Shown piece by piece: positions 33,985 to 36,858 of a DNA stretch of 36,858 bases; the first letter of the stretch is position 1; each line of letters opens with the position of its first letter. The stretch comes from a virus (Duplodnaviria; Caudoviricetes). The stretch lies in IMG/VR virus record IMGVR_UViG_3300036982_000553, positions 1 through 36,858 of that record; one strand, written 5' to 3'. The notes below the pieces were generated by a model. It searched no databases. It was not told the origin of the DNA and saw only the letters and a list, made by a program, of their open reading frames with translations. The translations under genes were made by a program, and so were the position numbers.

Positions 33985-34045
33985 ACTACACCTTTGCTCA
34001 GATATTGGCGGTTGAGGGTGATTAAGGTGCCTGATGTTGTGTAGT
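33985..34045 (-). promoter_or_regulatory. Candidate late promoter region
   Basis: Non-coding gap ahead of the portal; TATA-like CTTAAT (34021-34026) bracketed by inverted ACTACAC/GTGTAGT (33985-33991 and 34039-34045). Confidence 0.4.
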
Positions 34046-34051
34046 GCGGTG

Positions 34052-34237
34052 TCAATCGTCTACCTTTTCGATGAGTTCATGCTCGACCAGGTAGCGATAG
34101 AGAATGCGATTCACGCGGTCCGATCTACTCACCCTGTGGTCAAATGACTTCTCGTACGCTGTCTCGACCGAGACCTTCAGGATGGCCGACGCGATCTCGT
34201 CCTCGAGCAACAGCGCATTGCAGAATCGTACTTTCAC
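34052..34237 (-). CDS. Small ribbon-helix-helix-like protein
   Basis: Beta strand, helix, then SRSDRVNRILYRYL second-helix pattern; GTGA overlap with the TerL stop. Confidence 0.5.
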   Translation of the reverse strand: MKVRFCNALLLEDEIASAILKVSVETAYEKSFDHRVSRSDRVNRILYRYLVEHELIEKVDD

Positions 34238-35706
34238 GCTACCCTCCTCCTTGTGATCTGAGAGACTTTCTGCCGTCGTGAGTGTGCTGGATGTATGCCC
34301 GTGTCAACGGAGGAGATGGCAAGGCCTCGGTTGACCTTGCCCTCTCTCATGGCAAGGACCGCCATCCACAGCGACATGACCGTATCGTCGTGCTTCGCCA
34401 CCGATTTCACCTTGCCCTCCACGAAGGTGAGCGAGTTGAGTTCGTGCACAAGGACCTCGGTCACCTTGACCGCTTCGGATTCGTGCGGCGGGATCCCTCT
34501 CTCGACTTCATCGACCGTCCGGCCTCGAGGTATCGCGATCTGCTTGCGCTCGAACATGAGTCCCAAGGACGGAACACCCTCCCTCATGTCGGATTTCTCC
34601 TTGCCCGTGTTGTGTCCGGTGATCGGGATGTCCCTGAACCGAGTCTCGGCTTCCTCCTGCAACCACACCTGAAAGGCGTTCTTTTCGACCTTGACGTGCA
34701 CAGGGCGGTATGCCTCGTCAACATAGGCTAGGAGCGACAGATGCTCTTGCAGAGTCAATCCCTTGCGCCTGATCAGGTTCAGGAGTTGTACGTCGGCGGT
34801 TTCGGGGTCGTTGCCCAAGATGGTGAACACGGTGTAGTCCGCCCCGACCGTCCCTGATGTCGCCACATCGATGCCAACATAGACCTCCAGGTTCCCCTGG
34901 TATGATGGCAGAAGCGTCATGTTCGGGTCGAAGCACTCCGAGATCACCTTGCGCGGGAGCATCGAGCTCGAATCGTCCACCGGCTTGAGCATGTACTCCC
35001 GCGAGTAGAGCAGGGACCCGAGTGCGGCGCGCCTCTGTTCGAGCAGGGCGGTCGTCCAATATTCCGGCCACAGAAGCTTGCCAACCTCGTCCTGGGCAGG
35101 GAACACGTGCATCGAGTAGAGGCCCCGGGACTGGATGGCGTGGAACAGGTCGCCATAGTGCTTGTAGGTCCCGATCACGAGCATCTTCCCGTTCTTGGCG
35201 AGCATAGGGAAGAGGTCGGCGAAGAACCACGATTCTATCGAGGAGTCGGAGTACGATTGCTGGTCCTCGATGGGGTCGTCAACGAAGATGTACTGAGGGT
35301 GAGGACCAATGATGGATGTCATGAACCCTTTGGCGACAATGGAAACGCGCCCGGTGGTCTTGATCTCCTGTTTCGCCCAGTTCTTGCGGTCGATGAGCCA
35401 AGGCATCTGCCTCTCGATCACACGCTTGATGCGTCCCAGAATCTTATTGGCCTGCTCCTGGCTCACGCTGATGATGTAGATCAGGATGTCCTTCTCATAG
35501 GCCGCGAGCCACAGTATCGGGAGGACAACGGTGGTCTCGGTCTTACCGTGTCCTCTCGCCGCCAAGATCAGCAGGAGGTCGTTCTTGCACCATAGGTCGA
35601 ACCATTGATGTTGGAAGGCAGAGACCTGGTAGCGAGTCCCCTGCCAATCGGCCCCTATGACGTCCTCGGCGAAACTGTGTAGCTTCTCTGCGCTTACCCC
35701 GACCAT
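34234..35706 (-). CDS. terL: Terminase large subunit
   Basis: Walker A ARGHGKT, Walker B IFVDDP, coupling motif IGT, nuclease GIDVA...DYT...VEKNAFQ...HDDTVMS. Confidence 0.95.
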   Translation of the reverse strand: MVGVSAEKLHSFAEDVIGADWQGTRYQVSAFQHQWFDLWCKNDLLLILAARGHGKTETTVVLPILWLAAYEKDILIYIISVSQEQANKILGRIKRVIERQMPWLIDRKNWAKQEIKTTGRVSIVAKGFMTSIIGPHPQYIFVDDPIEDQQSYSDSSIESWFFADLFPMLAKNGKMLVIGTYKHYGDLFHAIQSRGLYSMHVFPAQDEVGKLLWPEYWTTALLEQRRAALGSLLYSREYMLKPVDDSSSMLPRKVISECFDPNMTLLPSYQGNLEVYVGIDVATSGTVGADYTVFTILGNDPETADVQLLNLIRRKGLTLQEHLSLLAYVDEAYRPVHVKVEKNAFQVWLQEEAETRFRDIPITGHNTGKEKSDMREGVPSLGLMFERKQIAIPRGRTVDEVERGIPPHESEAVKVTEVLVHELNSLTFVEGKVKSVAKHDDTVMSLWMAVLAMREGKVNRGLAISSVDTGIHPAHSRRQKVSQITRRRVA

Positions 35707-36008
35707 TCAGCAGACCGCTCGACTCTGAGACCTGCGGCCTTCGCTACCTCGTCGACCGCATTCTCGACCATCGGCTTGCACTCGACATTGACCAGGCCCG
35801 CGTAGATCAGGACGTAGCCGTTTCCGACGATGCGCTCGGTCCAGTTCGAGAGCATCCACTCAGCCTCGTGATAGGTCCCCCTGTCTCCGAGGTCGGCGAG
35901 GATGACCGTGTCTGTCTTGAGATAGGCCACCATCGGGTGCAATGTGCTGTACTGAGGCTGGGAGATGCCCCCCTTGAAGGATAGGGGGGCGGGAAGGTCT
36001 GACATCAC
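35694..36008 (-). CDS. Hypothetical protein
   Basis: GTGA overlap upstream; overlaps the TerL start by 13 bp. Confidence 0.55.
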   Translation of the reverse strand: MMSDLPAPLSFKGGISQPQYSTLHPMVAYLKTDTVILADLGDRGTYHEAEWMLSNWTERIVGNGYVLIYAGLVNVECKPMVENAVDEVAKAAGLRVERSAEWSG

Positions 36009-36313
36009 GCCTTCCTCTTGAAGATGCTCGGCTTCTTCTCGTGTTCCTTCACTTCCTCGTCGGTCGCCGGCGGGAGCGGGTTGCCATACGGTGGCACTAG
36101 GGAGTGCGCCTCAAGCGCTTCCTTCGTCCTCTTGCTGTGCCTCTCCTCCACATGCTTCCGCATCATCTCCTCGGTCCCGAACTTCCCGCAGTTGCAGGAC
36201 CAAATCTCGTACTCCGCCCCACACCTCTTGCACTTGATGGTCGTCGCGCCGTCTTTGACGTCCTCGAAGTCCGCTAGGTGCAGGCCCACTTTGGTTGGTT
36301 GCTTTTCGTTCAT
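36005..36313 (-). CDS. Zinc-finger protein
   Basis: CKRC...CNC...HxxxxH; AGGAG RBS. Confidence 0.6.
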   Translation of the reverse strand: MNEKQPTKVGLHLADFEDVKDGATTIKCKRCGAEYEIWSCNCGKFGTEEMMRKHVEERHSKRTKEALEAHSLVPPYGNPLPPATDEEVKEHEKKPSIFKRKA

Positions 36314-36347
36314 GTCGGTATCTCCTTTCTTGGCTCCTGATACGCTG

Positions 36348-36602
36348 TCAGTTCTGAACTTTCGGTCGGTCGTGTTTCCACCCCTCGAGCTTGATCAGGT
36401 CGTTGAAGTTGCAGTACGGGCAGAGTACGGCGGGGGTCACCGAACCGTCTGGGTGAATCTCGTGCCCCTTGAGGCCCAAGGTCGCGCCGCACAGAGGGCA
36501 TTGATAGGTCACCCTGAGGATGCGGTTCGGAGGTGTCGTATCGTGGAAGTGCGACACCCGGTAGTTCGCTCGCCCGATTAGCTCCATGATCTCCTCAGAC
36601 AT
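36348..36602 (-). CDS. Zinc-ribbon protein
   Basis: CPLCG...HEIHPDGSVTPAVLCPYC. Confidence 0.65.
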   Translation of the reverse strand: MSEEIMELIGRANYRVSHFHDTTPPNRILRVTYQCPLCGATLGLKGHEIHPDGSVTPAVLCPYCNFNDLIKLEGWKHDRPKVQN

Positions 36603-36732
36603 AGTCGAAGGCGATGCGTTCGCTCTTGTTGTTGTGGGTGTGGTTGTTGACCGCGACCGATAACTGCTTGGTGCGTTCCTCTGTCGCCTTATATTGCTCC
36701 TCGAGGCGGGTCAACCGCTGTTCGATTGCCAT
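36595..36732 (-). CDS. Small coiled-coil protein, 45 aa (not in the ORF track)
   Basis: Manual translation MAIEQRLTRLEEQYKATEERTKQLSVAVNNHTHNNKSERIAFDYV; fills the gap at the circular junction. Confidence 0.5.
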   Translation of the reverse strand: MAIEQRLTRLEEQYKATEERTKQLSVAVNNHTHNNKSERIAFDYV

Positions 36733-36858
36733 TACTCTTCTCGTCCTCTGTCATACTAGCTTCCTCCCCTGCACGAACTCGCGGTATGCCGGTCGCTCGT
36801 GCGGGTCCTTCTGCGTCTGCCTGAGCTTGATGAAGCCCCGATGCGTCATGGGCCTCCC
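36732..36858. repeat. Terminal direct repeat, copy 2
   Basis: Identical to bases 1-127. Confidence 0.95.

Noticed and set aside
13825-34019. Shared 8-mer TTGAGGGT in both main promoter regions
   Set aside because: The same 8-mer occurs in coding DNA (near 18947 and 31734), so it is compatible with chance.
1-36858. tRNA, rRNA, CRISPR array, integrase/att site, stop-codon recoding
   Set aside because: None recognised; genes tile the genome under the standard code with all three stops used, leaving little unexplained space. A covariance-model scan was not possible.
1-36858. Frequent TCGA/CTCGAG words as a signal
   Set aside because: Explained by codon pairs such as CTC-GAG and GTC-GAG in GC3-rich genes; not quantified.

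Overview
The window looks like a complete circular or circularly permuted genome of about 36,731 bp (bases 1-127 recur exactly at 36732-36858) from a tailed dsDNA virus (Caudoviricetes, siphovirus-like), very probably infecting an archaeon. The host call rests on GGTGA/GGAGGTGA ribosome-binding sites, a TTAAATA TATA box, many CxxC micro-proteins and archaeal ORB-like elements. Every credible gene is on the minus strand, in two main blocks. (1) A virion block (about 33950 down to 13835): portal-MuF fusion, HK97 gp10-like protein, protease/scaffold, major capsid, a polysaccharide deacetylase and a beta-helix protein inside the head module, neck proteins, two membrane proteins, tail tube, chaperone, a very short tape measure, a Dit-like protein, a 14-aa-repeat fibre and a hub. 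(2) An early/middle block (13781 down to 1, continuing 36731 down to 34052): many small Zn-finger and HTH genes, RusA, a DNA-modification cluster (ParB/Srx-like, SPPY methyltransferase, AdoMet decarboxylase, radical SAM, C5-methyltransferase-like, ASCH, DUF5131), TerS and TerL. I recognise no polymerase, helicase, primase, Orc1/Cdc6, integrase or endolysin. The standout feature is a non-coding element at 10656-10850: two perfect inverted 23-bp archaeal origin-recognition-box-like motifs (TCCAGTAGAAATGACAGGGGGGG) around an AT-rich palindromic core, suggesting the virus mimics a host oriC. All product calls come from motif recognition and gene order, not database searches.
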